A stretch of 64,000 nucleotides of DNA from Flavobacteriales bacterium (GCA_020635695.1 JACJZH010000010.1:4211-68210); one strand, 5' to 3'; positions 53,693 through 62,919 are shown, counted from the stretch's first letter. Translations and numbers: made by a program. The notes: generated from the letters alone by a model not told the origin.

Positions 53693-54253
53693 CTACAAGT
53701 TCACCCCCAGCGAAAACCCCAACGCCCCCTGCGCGGCCAGGGAAAGGGAAGGAGCCAGCCGCAGGCTCAGGTCGGGGCTCACGTCGAAGCGCACGAAGTA
53801 GGCGTCCACCGCGGCGTCCATCACGTTCAGGATGTACACCAGCCCGAAGGCGATGTAGCTCCACTCCATCCAGCGGCGGTACTGCTCGGTGGCGTTCAAA
53901 AGCCCGGCGCTGGTGAACTGCCCGTCGAACTCGTCCACGGTGCTTGGGTCGCCGTCGATCGTGGCCAGGTAGGCGGTCTTGTAGCGCTGGTACTCGCGGG
54001 TGTTCTCCCGGATGAAGTAGTAGCTGATCCCCAGCCCGGCATAGGCGATGGGCACCTTCCACCACTTGCGGTTGTACACCTGGCCCGCGCCGGGCAGCAG
54101 CGCGCTGTACAGGGCCGCCTTCCCGGGGCTGTGGCCCACCCGCCAGTCGGGCTCGTAGGCCACGGTGTCCGCGCCGGTGACGCGCACGGTGTCCTGGGCC
54201 TGGAGACCGGAAGCGACCAGGAAAAGGAGGGAGGCGAACAGGGTCCTACTCAC
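53693..54253 (-). CDS. DUF5683 family protein
   Basis: The signature is ALYSALLPGAGQVYNRKWWKVPIAYAGLG. The start is taken at GTG 54253 (VSRTLFASLLFLVASGLQAQ signal, 8-nt overlap with parB). The alternative ATG 54289 would overlap parB by 44 nt. Confidence 0.8.
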   Translation of the reverse strand: MSRTLFASLLFLVASGLQAQDTVRVTGADTVAYEPDWRVGHSPGKAALYSALLPGAGQVYNRKWWKVPIAYAGLGISYYFIRENTREYQRYKTAYLATIDGDPSTVDEFDGQFTSAGLLNATEQYRRWMEWSYIAFGLVYILNVMDAAVDAYFVRFDVSPDLSLRLAPSLSLAAQGALGFSLGVNL

Positions 54254-55127
54254 CCAGGAGCCGGGTAAGGCGTTCCAGTTCCTCCGCATTGCGGAAGGCG
54301 ATCTCGATGCGGCCTTTTCCATCGGCGGACTCCTTCACCGCAACCCGCGTGCCGAAGCGGTCGCCAAGACGTTTCGCGACCTCGCGGTGGCCGCTCTTCG
54401 GGCGGGAAATGGTGCCGTTGCGGGCCGGGGTGGAGGCGTTTTCCCGGGCCAGGCCCTCCACCTCGCGCACGCTCAGCTGGCTTTCCACGATGCGGCGGTA
54501 CAGGGCCACCTGGCGCTCCGGGTCGCCGATGTTGATCAGCGCGCGGGCGTGGCCCATGCCGATCTGCTTCTGGCGCAGGCCCAGCTGCACCTCGGGCGGC
54601 AGCTTCAGCAGGCGCAGGTAGTTGCTGATGGTGGTGCGGTCCTTGCCCACCTTGGCGCTCAGCTGCTCCTGGGTCAGCTGCACCTCCTCGATCAGGCGCT
54701 GGAAGCTGATGGCCACCTCGATGGCGTCGAGCTCCTCGCGCTGGATGTTCTCCACCAGCGCCATCTCCAGCATGGCCTCGTCGTTGGCCACGCGGATGTA
54801 GGCCGGGATCTGCTCCAGCCCCGCGAGCTGGCTGGCCCGGAAGCGGCGTTCGCCACTGATCAGCTGGTAGCGGTCCACGCCCACCTTGCGCACGGTGACG
54901 GGCTGCACGATGCCCAGCTGGCGGATGCTGCTGCTGAGCTCGTTGAGCGCCTCGGGGCTGAAGGTGGTGCGGGGCTGGAAGGGGTTCGGTTCGATCTGCG
55001 CGATGGGCAGTTCGGACACGGACCCGGTGACGCGCGGTGCGGGGGCGCCGGTGCGCGTGGTGATGTCGGTGCCGGGATCCTCGAGCAGCGCGCTCAGGCC
55101 CCGGCCAAGGCCGCGTTTCTTGGTCAT
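54246..55127 (-). CDS. parB: chromosome partitioning protein ParB
   Basis: 293 aa. KRGLGRGLSALL, the ParB box QPVTVRK...YQLISGERRFRAS, and an HTH segment (TQEQLSAKVGKDRTTISNYLRLL) are present. Confidence 0.96.
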   Translation of the reverse strand: MTKKRGLGRGLSALLEDPGTDITTRTGAPAPRVTGSVSELPIAQIEPNPFQPRTTFSPEALNELSSSIRQLGIVQPVTVRKVGVDRYQLISGERRFRASQLAGLEQIPAYIRVANDEAMLEMALVENIQREELDAIEVAISFQRLIEEVQLTQEQLSAKVGKDRTTISNYLRLLKLPPEVQLGLRQKQIGMGHARALINIGDPERQVALYRRIVESQLSVREVEGLARENASTPARNGTISRPKSGHREVAKRLGDRFGTRVAVKESADGKGRIEIAFRNAEELERLTRLLGE

Positions 55128-55933
55128 TGCTCCACGGGGATGGTGCGCTCGTGCTCGGGGATGCGCGTCATCTGGTTCTTCTGCAGGATCTCACGCGCCA
55201 GGTTCAGGTAGTTCACCGCGCCCTTGCAGCTGGCGTCGTGCATCAGCACGGTCTGCCCATGGCTCGGGGCCTCGCCCAGGCTCACGTTGCGGTGCACCAC
55301 GGTGTCGAACACCAGCTGCTGGAAGTGGGTCTTCACCTCCTCCACCACCTGGTTGGCCAGGCGCAGGCGGCTGTCGTACATGGTCAGCAGCATGCCCTCG
55401 ATGCTCAGGGCGGTGTTCAGGCGCTGCTGCACGATCTTCACGGTGTTCAGCAGCTTGCCCAGGCCCTCCAGGGCGAAGTACTCGCACTGCACGGGGATGA
55501 TCACGCTGTCGGCCGCGGTGAGGGCGTTCACGGTGACCAGGCCCAGGGAGGGGGAGCAGTCGATGATGATGAAGTCGTAGAGGTCCCGCATGGGCTCCAG
55601 CACCTTCTTCAGCATGTGCTCGCGCTCGGGCATGTCGATCATCTCGATCTCCGCGCCCACCAGGTCGATGTGCCCGGGAAGCAGTTCCAGGTTCGGGTTG
55701 TCGGTGCCGATCACCAGGTCGGCGGCAGGGGCACCGTTGATCAGGCTCTCGTAGATGCTGGCCTTCACCTCGCGGGGATCGTAGCCCACGCCGCTGGTGG
55801 CGTTGGCCTGCGGGTCGGCGTCCACGAGCAGGGTCTTCTTCTCCAGCACGCCCAGGCTGGCGGCCAGGTTGATGGCGGTGGTGGTCTTGCCCACGCCGCC
55901 CTTCTGGTTCACGATGGCGATGATCTTGGCCAT
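55124..55933 (-). CDS. parA: chromosome partitioning ATPase ParA/Soj
   Basis: Start reset to ATG 55933. The deviant Walker A is MAKIIAIVNQKGGVGKTTT. DADPQANATSG is present. ATGA overlap with parB. Confidence 0.96.
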   Translation of the reverse strand: MAKIIAIVNQKGGVGKTTTAINLAASLGVLEKKTLLVDADPQANATSGVGYDPREVKASIYESLINGAPAADLVIGTDNPNLELLPGHIDLVGAEIEMIDMPEREHMLKKVLEPMRDLYDFIIIDCSPSLGLVTVNALTAADSVIIPVQCEYFALEGLGKLLNTVKIVQQRLNTALSIEGMLLTMYDSRLRLANQVVEEVKTHFQQLVFDTVVHRNVSLGEAPSHGQTVLMHDASCKGAVNYLNLAREILQKNQMTRIPEHERTIPVEQ

Positions 55934-56073
55934 GAGGGGGATCCGTTCTGCTGATAGGTGAGGTTGGTCGCTCCTGGGACTATCCGTTGGGTCAACGGGT
56001 AGGCTCCGGGACAAAGCTGCATCTTCGCGGCGGGTCGTGCCTGTTGAAAACCGCGCGACTTTTGAACATTCCC

Positions 56074-56613
56074 ATGTCGGACCAACCCGCGATCGGCATC
56101 ATCGGCGGCACCGACCGCCTGGACAGCAACACCGCAAAGGTGGTGCAGGCCTACCGGCAGGTGGCCGAAGCGGAGGGCGTGGCAGTGACCTGGATGGACC
56201 TGGACCGGCTGCCGCGCGACCTCGACCGCATCGGACCCTATGGGGAACCCGGGCCGGAGGTGGTGGAGCTGGTCAGCACCCACGTGGATCCGTTCCGGCA
56301 CCTGGTGTTCGTGCTGCCGGAGTACAACGGAAGCTTCCCGGGCATCCTGAAGCTGTTCATGGACGCCGTGCATCCGAGGCATTTCCAGGGGAAGCGTGTG
56401 GCGCTCGTGGGCGTGAGCGACGGGCGCGCCGGCAACCTGCGGGGGTTGGACCAGTTCCAGGCCGTGCTCAACTACCTGAAGGCCGACGTGATCTGGCACA
56501 AGCCGAAGCTCAGCGGCATCGGTAGGCTCTTGGATCCCGCCACAGGGGAGCTGCAGGACGAAGGCATACGGCAGCAGTTCCGGGACCAGCTCAAGCTATT
56601 GCTCGCAGGCTGA
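56074..56613 (+). CDS. NAD(P)H-dependent FMN reductase family protein
   Basis: Start reset to ATG 56074 (MSDQPAIGIIGG). The family motif is LVFVLPEYNGSFPGILK. Confidence 0.85.
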   Translation: MSDQPAIGIIGGTDRLDSNTAKVVQAYRQVAEAEGVAVTWMDLDRLPRDLDRIGPYGEPGPEVVELVSTHVDPFRHLVFVLPEYNGSFPGILKLFMDAVHPRHFQGKRVALVGVSDGRAGNLRGLDQFQAVLNYLKADVIWHKPKLSGIGRLLDPATGELQDEGIRQQFRDQLKLLLAG

Positions 56614-56667
56614 AGGAGGAGGCCAGGCACCCGCTCATCGGACCTGTATTAGTTAACATAATATAAA

Positions 56668-57714
56668 TTATGCGCCAAGAGGGTCGTCGAACAGGGAGCG
56701 GGCCAGCTGCACGCCAAAGCCCTGTTCACCAGTGGCTTGGTACGCCCCATTCCGGACCTCCAGTCCACCGAACGGATCGTTGGCGATCAGCCAGGGACCG
56801 TCCAGGTCGGCCAGGTCGGCGAGCGCGTTCAGCGGCAGCATGGCGGCGCAGCCCAGCGAGCTTTCGCTCATGCATCCCAGCTGGACCTTCAGTCCGCTTG
56901 ACCGGGCGGCACGTGCGAGTTCCAAGGCGCGGTCCAGGCCGCCGCATTTCAAGCCCTTCACGTTCACACCGCCGTACGCTCCCATCACGGCTTCCAGGTC
57001 GCCGGCGTCCTGTACGGCCTCGTCCGCGAACACGGTGATGCCCGAGCGCTCACCCAGGTCCCGATGCAACTCGGGGCGGTCCACGGGGAATGGCTGCTCG
57101 AATCCCAGCACCTCCCGGCCATCCAGCAGGTCCAACAGCCGCAGGGCCTGATCCACGGAGTCGAGCCCTTGGTTGCCGTCCAGGAAGAAAGCGCCCGACC
57201 AGTGCTCGCGTGCCGCCTTCAGCAGGACTTCGCCTTGAGCCGCATCCACTTTCACCTTCAATACGCCCACCTTGGGAAGCGCCCTGAGCGCCTCGGGGAC
57301 CTGTTCAGCAGGCATCATGCCCAGGGTGGCCATGGCCCGTGCTGATGGGCCAGCTTCGACCTTGACCATGCTTTCAACAGAACACCCTATCTCATTGGCC
57401 GTCAGGTCATAATATGCCATCACCAAGGCAGAACGAGCTCCCTTGGAGCCTGCGGTGGCCCGATCGATCCAAGCCAGCGCTTCCGGGACCGCCAGGACCT
57501 CATCCAGTCCCGCGGGCGATACAGCTTCGAGTACGGCCCTCACCCGATCGGCGCCTTCCTGCAGGTACGGTGGCAGGGCCGCTTCTCCATAGCTTTTGAC
57601 CCCGTTCCTGACCAGCTGCAGGAAGACCGCATCGGTGCCCGTGCGGCTGCCGTGGGCCGTGGCGAAGGGCCTGTGGTAGCGCAGATGATACGGACGAACG
57701 GTCAGGTGCAGCAT
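56668..57714 (-). CDS. enolase-superfamily dipeptide epimerase (L-Ala-D/L-Glu epimerase-like)
   Basis: 348 aa. Metal and catalytic contexts are LKVKVD, FLDGNQG, FEQP, FADEA and VKGLKCGG. Confidence 0.85.
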   Translation of the reverse strand: MLHLTVRPYHLRYHRPFATAHGSRTGTDAVFLQLVRNGVKSYGEAALPPYLQEGADRVRAVLEAVSPAGLDEVLAVPEALAWIDRATAGSKGARSALVMAYYDLTANEIGCSVESMVKVEAGPSARAMATLGMMPAEQVPEALRALPKVGVLKVKVDAAQGEVLLKAAREHWSGAFFLDGNQGLDSVDQALRLLDLLDGREVLGFEQPFPVDRPELHRDLGERSGITVFADEAVQDAGDLEAVMGAYGGVNVKGLKCGGLDRALELARAARSSGLKVQLGCMSESSLGCAAMLPLNALADLADLDGPWLIANDPFGGLEVRNGAYQATGEQGFGVQLARSLFDDPLGA

Positions 57715-57728
57715 GGCCGGATCCTAAG

Positions 57729-57758
57729 CAGAAGCCCCGGCACGGACCGGGGCTTCTG
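57729..57758 (-). terminator. strong hairpin downstream of the SRPBCC/GyrI-like gene
   Basis: Perfect 12-bp stem CAGAAGCCCCGG (57729-57740) / CCGGGGCTTCTG (57747-57758) with a 6-nt loop. It lies 24 nt after the stop at 57782. Confidence 0.6.
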
Positions 57759-57781
57759 GGCGATCGTTCGGTGCAGGCCGG

Positions 57782-58831
57782 TCACTGGATCGGATAGACG
57801 ATCCGGGTGTGCCACTTGCTGGAATCCGGCTCCTGGCCGGGGTCGGTGATGTACTCCTCGATGGCCACTTCGCGCATGGAGGCTCCGTCCCGCTTGATCT
57901 TCTTGTCCATGGCCATGTGGGCGGCGCCACTGCCGGCATAGCCGCCGAAATAGTCGATCACGTAGGCATTGCCCGGTGCCACGGCATAGGTGCTCATGCC
58001 TGCCGTGCCGGTGAACTTGGCCGCATCGGCATCGCTCACGGCGGCACCGGCCAGCACGTCGGTTCGCTTGTTCTCCTCATCCCACATGAAGTACAGCGCC
58101 GTGGGCGCTCCCTGGGGCTGCACCCCGGCCTGTCCAAGTGCTCCGAACACCTTGCCGAAGCTGTTGCCGAAGAACTTCTCCATGTCGCTCCAGGGGATTG
58201 TCTTGCGCACGCCCACGTAGGTCATGCCCGGGCGTTCCATGGTCTCGATCGTGAAGCCGTCCACCATCTTGGCGCGCTCGGCGTCCAGGGCGGCCTGCTC
58301 GGCAGTGCTCACCTCCTTCAGGTTCGCGAGGCCGCGCTCGAAGTCAGGGCCTACCATCTTGTCCATGTCCATGAACACGGACATCACCTTGCCCATGAAG
58401 TTGTTCTCGCCCTCGATCCCCCACGTCACCCGGGTGCTGTCGCCCAGGTCCTCCAGGTCGAAGGTGGCGGTGCTCTGCGACTCCCAGGGCTCGATGAAAT
58501 GCAGGTCCGTGCGCACGGCCTTGTTCTCCTCGACCACCGCGATCTGCTGGTAGCCGCTGCCCACGTTCTCGTCGCCCTTCCATTCGGACTTCTGACCCAC
58601 CTGACCGGCCTCGCCGGTGATGGTGACGGCCATGTCGGGGTCCTTCTCGGCCCAGGGGCTCCATTCCTCGTGGTCCTCCAGGTCGCTCACGTTGGCCCAG
58701 ACCACACCGGTCTCGGCTGGGATGGTGATGCTTCGTTCAACACGGTACTCCGAGGGGCCGATGAGGCCAAGCACGATCACGATGGCCACGATGGCCAGCA
58801 CGATCACCAGCAGGGTCTTCAATGCTTTCAT
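57782..58831 (-). CDS. membrane-anchored SRPBCC (START/polyketide-cyclase-like) + GyrI-like small-molecule-binding fusion protein
   Basis: Start reset to ATG 58831 (MKALKTLLVIVLAIVAIVIVLGLIG TM anchor). The N-terminal half resembles SRPBCC (RSITIPAETGVVWANVSD...). The C-terminal half resembles the GyrI-like effector-binding fold (FTIETMERPGMTYVGVR...EEYITDP). Confidence 0.8.
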   Translation of the reverse strand: MKALKTLLVIVLAIVAIVIVLGLIGPSEYRVERSITIPAETGVVWANVSDLEDHEEWSPWAEKDPDMAVTITGEAGQVGQKSEWKGDENVGSGYQQIAVVEENKAVRTDLHFIEPWESQSTATFDLEDLGDSTRVTWGIEGENNFMGKVMSVFMDMDKMVGPDFERGLANLKEVSTAEQAALDAERAKMVDGFTIETMERPGMTYVGVRKTIPWSDMEKFFGNSFGKVFGALGQAGVQPQGAPTALYFMWDEENKRTDVLAGAAVSDADAAKFTGTAGMSTYAVAPGNAYVIDYFGGYAGSGAAHMAMDKKIKRDGASMREVAIEEYITDPGQEPDSSKWHTRIVYPIQ

Positions 58832-58940
58832 GTCCGGTGGATTTGCCGAAAGTTGCGCAAGGCCTGCGGCTCCTGCAAATCGGTGGGACTTTCGGTGGAT
58901 CTGGCACGGTGTTTTCTTTGCAGGGACCAAAGCCCAGACC

Positions 58941-59519
58941 ATGAACACCCCGCGCCTGTTCCGTTCCGCCGGCCTGCTCCTGATGGCGGCCCTGTTGATG
59001 GCCGCTCCCGCCTGCAAGAGCGGCAAGAGCACCACCGCCGGCACCAAGGTGAAGCAGCCCTTCACCGGCGGCAAGTACGAGAGCGACAACCGCTGGTTCC
59101 GGGGCACCGGACAGGGCGCCAGCGTGAAGCAGAACATCGCCCGCAGCAAGGCCGACCTCGATGCCAAGAACCAGCTGGCCGGGCAGGTGGGCACCAACAT
59201 GCGGGCCGTCACCGACCAGTACCTGGGCGAGACCGGCAACGCCAACGCCGCGGATGTGGCCGACAAGTTCCAGACCCTGGTGCGTGAGGTGATGAGCACC
59301 GAACTGGCCGACCTGCGCAAGATCGGCGAGGAGTTCTACCTGAACGAGGAGACCGGCCAGTACACCGCCTACGTGGCCTACGAGATCAAGAAGAACGCCA
59401 TGTTCCGCTTCATGAAGAAGCAGGCGAGGACGAGCGACAAGATCGACGACCTCACCCGGAAGAAGATCGAGGAGATCCTGGACGAGGAGATCCGCAAGAC
59501 CGAAGAGGAAGGCGAGTGA
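58941..59519 (+). CDS. hypothetical lipoprotein
   Basis: Start reset to ATG 58941. Lipoprotein signal MNTPRLFRSAGLLLMAALLMAAPAC, with a helical, charged body. Confidence 0.8.
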   Translation: MNTPRLFRSAGLLLMAALLMAAPACKSGKSTTAGTKVKQPFTGGKYESDNRWFRGTGQGASVKQNIARSKADLDAKNQLAGQVGTNMRAVTDQYLGETGNANAADVADKFQTLVREVMSTELADLRKIGEEFYLNEETGQYTAYVAYEIKKNAMFRFMKKQARTSDKIDDLTRKKIEEILDEEIRKTEEEGE

Positions 59520-59541
59520 CCGTACCGGGTCGTGCTTTCCG

Positions 59542-59574
59542 GGAGGGGGGCTTCGGCTCCCCTCCTGCCGTTTT
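59542..59574 (+). terminator. rho-independent terminator
   Basis: 10-bp stem GGAGGGGGGC / GCTCCCCTCC with one G-U pair and a TTCG tetraloop (59552-59555), followed by TGCCGTTTT. It lies 23 nt after the stop. Confidence 0.7.
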
Positions 59575-59636
59575 GGCGGGCGATCCGGATCGGCCCCTGC
59601 TTTGTTAAAGGCGGAAGACCAACCCATTCCAAGACC

Positions 59637-60314
59637 ATGGCAGGAGCCTATCTGATAGGGATCGTCATCATGCTCGTCAGCTTCCTGGTGGGCCGTCAGC
59701 TGCGGAGCCGCTTCGCCAAGTACAGCCGCACCCCGCTGAGCAACGGCATGAGCGGGAAGGAGATCGCCGAACGCATGCTGGCCGACCACGGCATCACCAA
59801 CGTGAAGGTGACCCACGTGAAGGGCCAGCTGACCGACCACTACAACCCCGCCACCCGCACGGTGAACCTGAGCGAGGCGGTGTACAGCGAGCGCAACGCA
59901 GCCGCGGCAGCCGTGGCGGCGCACGAATGCGGGCATGCCGTGCAGCATGCGCAGGCCTACAGCTGGCTCCAATTCCGCAGCAAGCTGGTGCCCGTGGTGA
60001 GCGTGACCTCCAGCCTGGTGCAGTGGATCCTGCTCGGGGGCATCCTGCTCATCAACACCTTTCCGCAGCTGCTGTTGATCGGGATCATCCTGTTCGCCAC
60101 CACCACCCTGTTCAGCATCATCACCCTGCCGGTGGAATACGATGCCAGCAACCGGGCCCTGAAGTGGCTGAAGGAGCGGCAGATCGTGAACACCGGCGAG
60201 TACGCCATGAGCGCCGACGCCCTGAAATGGGCCGCACGCACCTACGTGGTGGCCGCGATCGGCTCCATCGGCACGCTGCTGTACTACCTGATGATCTACA
60301 TGAACCGCCGCTAG
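59637..60314 (+). CDS. membrane zinc metallopeptidase (Zn_peptidase_2 family)
   Basis: Start reset to ATG 59637. The HExxH motif is in AVAAHECGHAVQH. An N-terminal TM helix and C-terminal TM helices are present. Confidence 0.88.
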   Translation: MAGAYLIGIVIMLVSFLVGRQLRSRFAKYSRTPLSNGMSGKEIAERMLADHGITNVKVTHVKGQLTDHYNPATRTVNLSEAVYSERNAAAAAVAAHECGHAVQHAQAYSWLQFRSKLVPVVSVTSSLVQWILLGGILLINTFPQLLLIGIILFATTTLFSIITLPVEYDASNRALKWLKERQIVNTGEYAMSADALKWAARTYVVAAIGSIGTLLYYLMIYMNRR

Positions 60315-61306
60315 CGGAGCCGTAGCACGATGGGCAGGTGGTCGCTGTACCCGCCCTTGTAGCTGGTGCCGCTGTAGGTCTTGTCCGGGGAGCGGCCGTA
60401 TTTCGGGTGCCGGAACAGCAGCCGCTGGTCCCACAAGGCCTTGGCCGAAGCCACCTCCCCGGCCGTTACCGGATCGGTGATGAACTGGTCCAGGTAGGCC
60501 CAGTCGCCCCGGAAGTTGTGGCTGCCATGTCCCTCGGGCTGGTCAACGCACATCAGCGCCACAAGCTCGGCCGACGGGTCGCAGGTGGCACCCAGTCCTT
60601 TCTGGATGCTGGCGTCGGTCGGCGTGTCGTTGAAGTCGCCCATGATCAGCACCCGGTCGCCCGGACCTCGTACCTCATCCAGGTGTTCGCGGAGGGTGCG
60701 GGCGGCCTCAAGGCGCTTGGGAGCGCTCACCGCCGGACCTTCCCGCCGGCTGGGCCAATGGCACACGTACAGGTGCCAGGTCGTTCCCCCCGTCCCCAGC
60801 CTGGCGTACAGCACGTCGCGGGTGCGGTCGCCGTCCAGGTCCACCCGCAGGGCACGTTCCCCGGTCACCTCCCCCACCCCACGCCTCACCAGCAGGGCCA
60901 CATCGATGCCCCGCTCGTCGGGGGAGTCGAAATGGACCACCTCGTATTGCCCACCATCCAGGGGTGAGGTGCCGGCCAGGTCCTCCACCACGGCCCGGTT
61001 CTCCACCTCGGCCAGTCCGATCAGATCGGGCAGCCGATCCCCGCTCCAGGAGATGGCCTGGGCCAGGTGGGACAGCTTGGTGGCGTAGCGGTCGGCGGTC
61101 CATTGCAGCCGTCCGGCCGGGGTGAAGTCGTCGTCGTTGGTGCGCGGGTCGTCCGTGGTGTCGAAGAGGTTCTCCACGTTGTAGAAGACCACCTGGGCCT
61201 CGAGCCCACGACCCTCGACCTCCTGGGCCGCCACCTCGGGCAGGTCCGGCGTCCCGGTCGGGGCTGCGCAACCGGCCAGGAAGGGCAGCAGGAAGCGCGG
61301 TCTCAT
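60311..61306 (-). CDS. endonuclease/exonuclease/phosphatase (EEP) family lipoprotein
   Basis: 331 aa. Lipoprotein signal MRPRFLLPFLAGC. EEP motifs are FYNVENLFD, LIGLAEVEN, IMGDFND and the C-terminal SDHLPIV. Confidence 0.88.
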   Translation of the reverse strand: MRPRFLLPFLAGCAAPTGTPDLPEVAAQEVEGRGLEAQVVFYNVENLFDTTDDPRTNDDDFTPAGRLQWTADRYATKLSHLAQAISWSGDRLPDLIGLAEVENRAVVEDLAGTSPLDGGQYEVVHFDSPDERGIDVALLVRRGVGEVTGERALRVDLDGDRTRDVLYARLGTGGTTWHLYVCHWPSRREGPAVSAPKRLEAARTLREHLDEVRGPGDRVLIMGDFNDTPTDASIQKGLGATCDPSAELVALMCVDQPEGHGSHNFRGDWAYLDQFITDPVTAGEVASAKALWDQRLLFRHPKYGRSPDKTYSGTSYKGGYSDHLPIVLRLR

Positions 61307-62850
61307 CGCTTGGCCCTCCGGCTGCGGACCGCCTTCACCCCCAGCACGCCCAGCAGACCACGGGTCAGTTCGCGGAACACCGTGCGACCGACCTGGCGGA
61401 CCATGGTGTTCTTGCTCAGGTCCTCCAGCACACTGGGCTCCTCTTTCTTGGGTCGCCGGCGTTCCACTTCAGGCTCCGGCTTCTCTTCTTCCTTGGCCGC
61501 TTGCTTCAGCTTGGCCTCCAGGATCTCGAAGGCGCTCTCCCGGTCGATGACCTCGTTGTAGGTCTTCACCAGCTCGCTCCGTGCCACCAGGCCGTCGATC
61601 TCCAGCGGGCTCAGCACGTCCATGCGAGTGATGGGCGCGCGGAGCAGCGTGTGTGCGAGTGGCGTGGGGATGCCCTTCTCGTTCAGTGCGGTCACGAGCG
61701 CCTCCCCGATGCCCAGCGAGGTGAGCAGCGTCTCGGTGTCATAGAAGTCGGTGAGCGGGTAGTTCTCCGCCGTGCGCTTGATGGTGCGCCGGTCCTTGGC
61801 GGTGAAGGCCCTGAGCGCGTGCTGCACCTTCAGGCCCAGCTGGCCCAGGATGCTCTCGGGCACGTCGCTGGGGTCCTGCGTGCAGAAGTACACGCCCACT
61901 CCCTTCGAGCGGATCAGCTTGATGATGGTCTCCAACTGGTCCTGCAGGGCCTTGGTGGCGGTGTCGAAGATCAGGTGCGCCTCATCGATGAAGAGCACCA
62001 GCTTGGGCTTCTCGGGGTCGCCCTCCTCGGGGAAGGTGCTGTAGATCTCGGCCAGCAGGCACAGCATGAAGGTGCTGAAGAGCCTGGGCTTGTCCTGGAT
62101 GTCCGTCAGCCGTACGATGTGCACCACGCCCTTGCCGTCCCGCAGTTCCAGCAGGTCGTTCACGTCGAAGGAGCGCTCGCCGAAGAAGCGTTCGGCGCCC
62201 TGCTGCTCCAATTCGATCATCTTCCGCAGGATGGTGTTCACCGAGGCGGAGCTCACCTGGCCGTAGGTCCCCTGCACCTCGTCCTTCCCTTCGTTGGTGA
62301 TCCACTGCAGCACCCGCCGCAGGTCCTTCAGGTCCAGCAGCGGCCAACCGTGGTCGTCGCAGTACTTGAACACCAGGGCCAGGATGCTCTGCTGGGTGTC
62401 GTTCAGCTCCAGGATGCGTCCCAGCAGCACCGGTCCGAACTCGCTCACCGTGGCCCGCAGCCGGGCGCCCGGCTCGTCGCTCAGGGTCAACAGTTCCACG
62501 GGCAGGGCCTGCGGCTCGTACGGGAAGCCGAGCTTGGCGTGCCGTTCCTGGATCTTGGGGTGGTCGCTGCCCGGCGCGGCGATCCCGCTCAGGTCGCCCT
62601 TGATGTCCATCAACAACACCGGCACGCCCTTGAGGGACAGTTGCTCGGCGATCACCTGCAAGGTCTTGGTCTTGCCGGTCCCCGTGGCTCCGGCGATCAG
62701 GCCATGCCGGTTCATGGTGCGCAGGGGCACCCGAACGAGCGCGCCCTCTGGTACTTCACCGTTCAACAGGGCACCGCCCAGGACGATGCTGTCACCTTTC
62801 ACGGTATATCCGTCCACCATCGCGGTGCGGAACGCTTGCTGGTCGCTCAT
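61303..62850 (-). CDS. HerA-like P-loop ATPase, DUF853 (YjgR) family
   Basis: 515 aa. Walker A is GATGTGKTKT and Walker B is LVLFIDEAHLIF. The C-terminal tail is basic. ATGA overlap with the EEP gene. Confidence 0.9.
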   Translation of the reverse strand: MSDQQAFRTAMVDGYTVKGDSIVLGGALLNGEVPEGALVRVPLRTMNRHGLIAGATGTGKTKTLQVIAEQLSLKGVPVLLMDIKGDLSGIAAPGSDHPKIQERHAKLGFPYEPQALPVELLTLSDEPGARLRATVSEFGPVLLGRILELNDTQQSILALVFKYCDDHGWPLLDLKDLRRVLQWITNEGKDEVQGTYGQVSSASVNTILRKMIELEQQGAERFFGERSFDVNDLLELRDGKGVVHIVRLTDIQDKPRLFSTFMLCLLAEIYSTFPEEGDPEKPKLVLFIDEAHLIFDTATKALQDQLETIIKLIRSKGVGVYFCTQDPSDVPESILGQLGLKVQHALRAFTAKDRRTIKRTAENYPLTDFYDTETLLTSLGIGEALVTALNEKGIPTPLAHTLLRAPITRMDVLSPLEIDGLVARSELVKTYNEVIDRESAFEILEAKLKQAAKEEEKPEPEVERRRPKKEEPSVLEDLSKNTMVRQVGRTVFRELTRGLLGVLGVKAVRSRRAKR

Positions 62851-62866
62851 GACAGGGGGTATGCGC

Positions 62867-62874
62867 CAAAGGTA
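62867..62874 (-). promoter_or_regulatory. Bacteroidota -7 promoter box upstream of the DUF853 gene
   Basis: The minus strand reads TACCTTTG, an exact TAnnTTTG match, 17 nt before ATG 62850 and immediately after the dodecin terminator. Confidence 0.45.
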
Positions 62875-62877
62875 GAA

Positions 62878-62895
62878 GAGGGGCCGAAGCCCCTC
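62878..62895 (-). terminator. terminator hairpin after the dodecin gene
   Basis: 7-bp GC stem GAGGGGC / GCCCCTC. The tetraloop reads TTCG on the minus strand and is followed there by TTCTACCTTT. Confidence 0.55.
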
Positions 62896-62919
62896 CCCCT
62901 CATCAGTATGGTCGGACCG

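Noticed and set aside
54246-56073. parS sites (TGTTNCACGTGAAACA-like) or an origin region near parAB.
   Set aside because: I found no match by eye in or around parAB. I saw no DnaA-box cluster and no dnaA or dnaN gene. A lone ATCCACA at about 1826 is not meaningful.
56646-56670. A striking AT-rich patch (TGTATTAGTTAACATAATATAAATTA) between convergent genes.
   Set aside because: It is short and has no repeat, ORF or clear hairpin. It partly includes the TAA stop of the epimerase gene. It is most simply relaxed-composition intergenic DNA.
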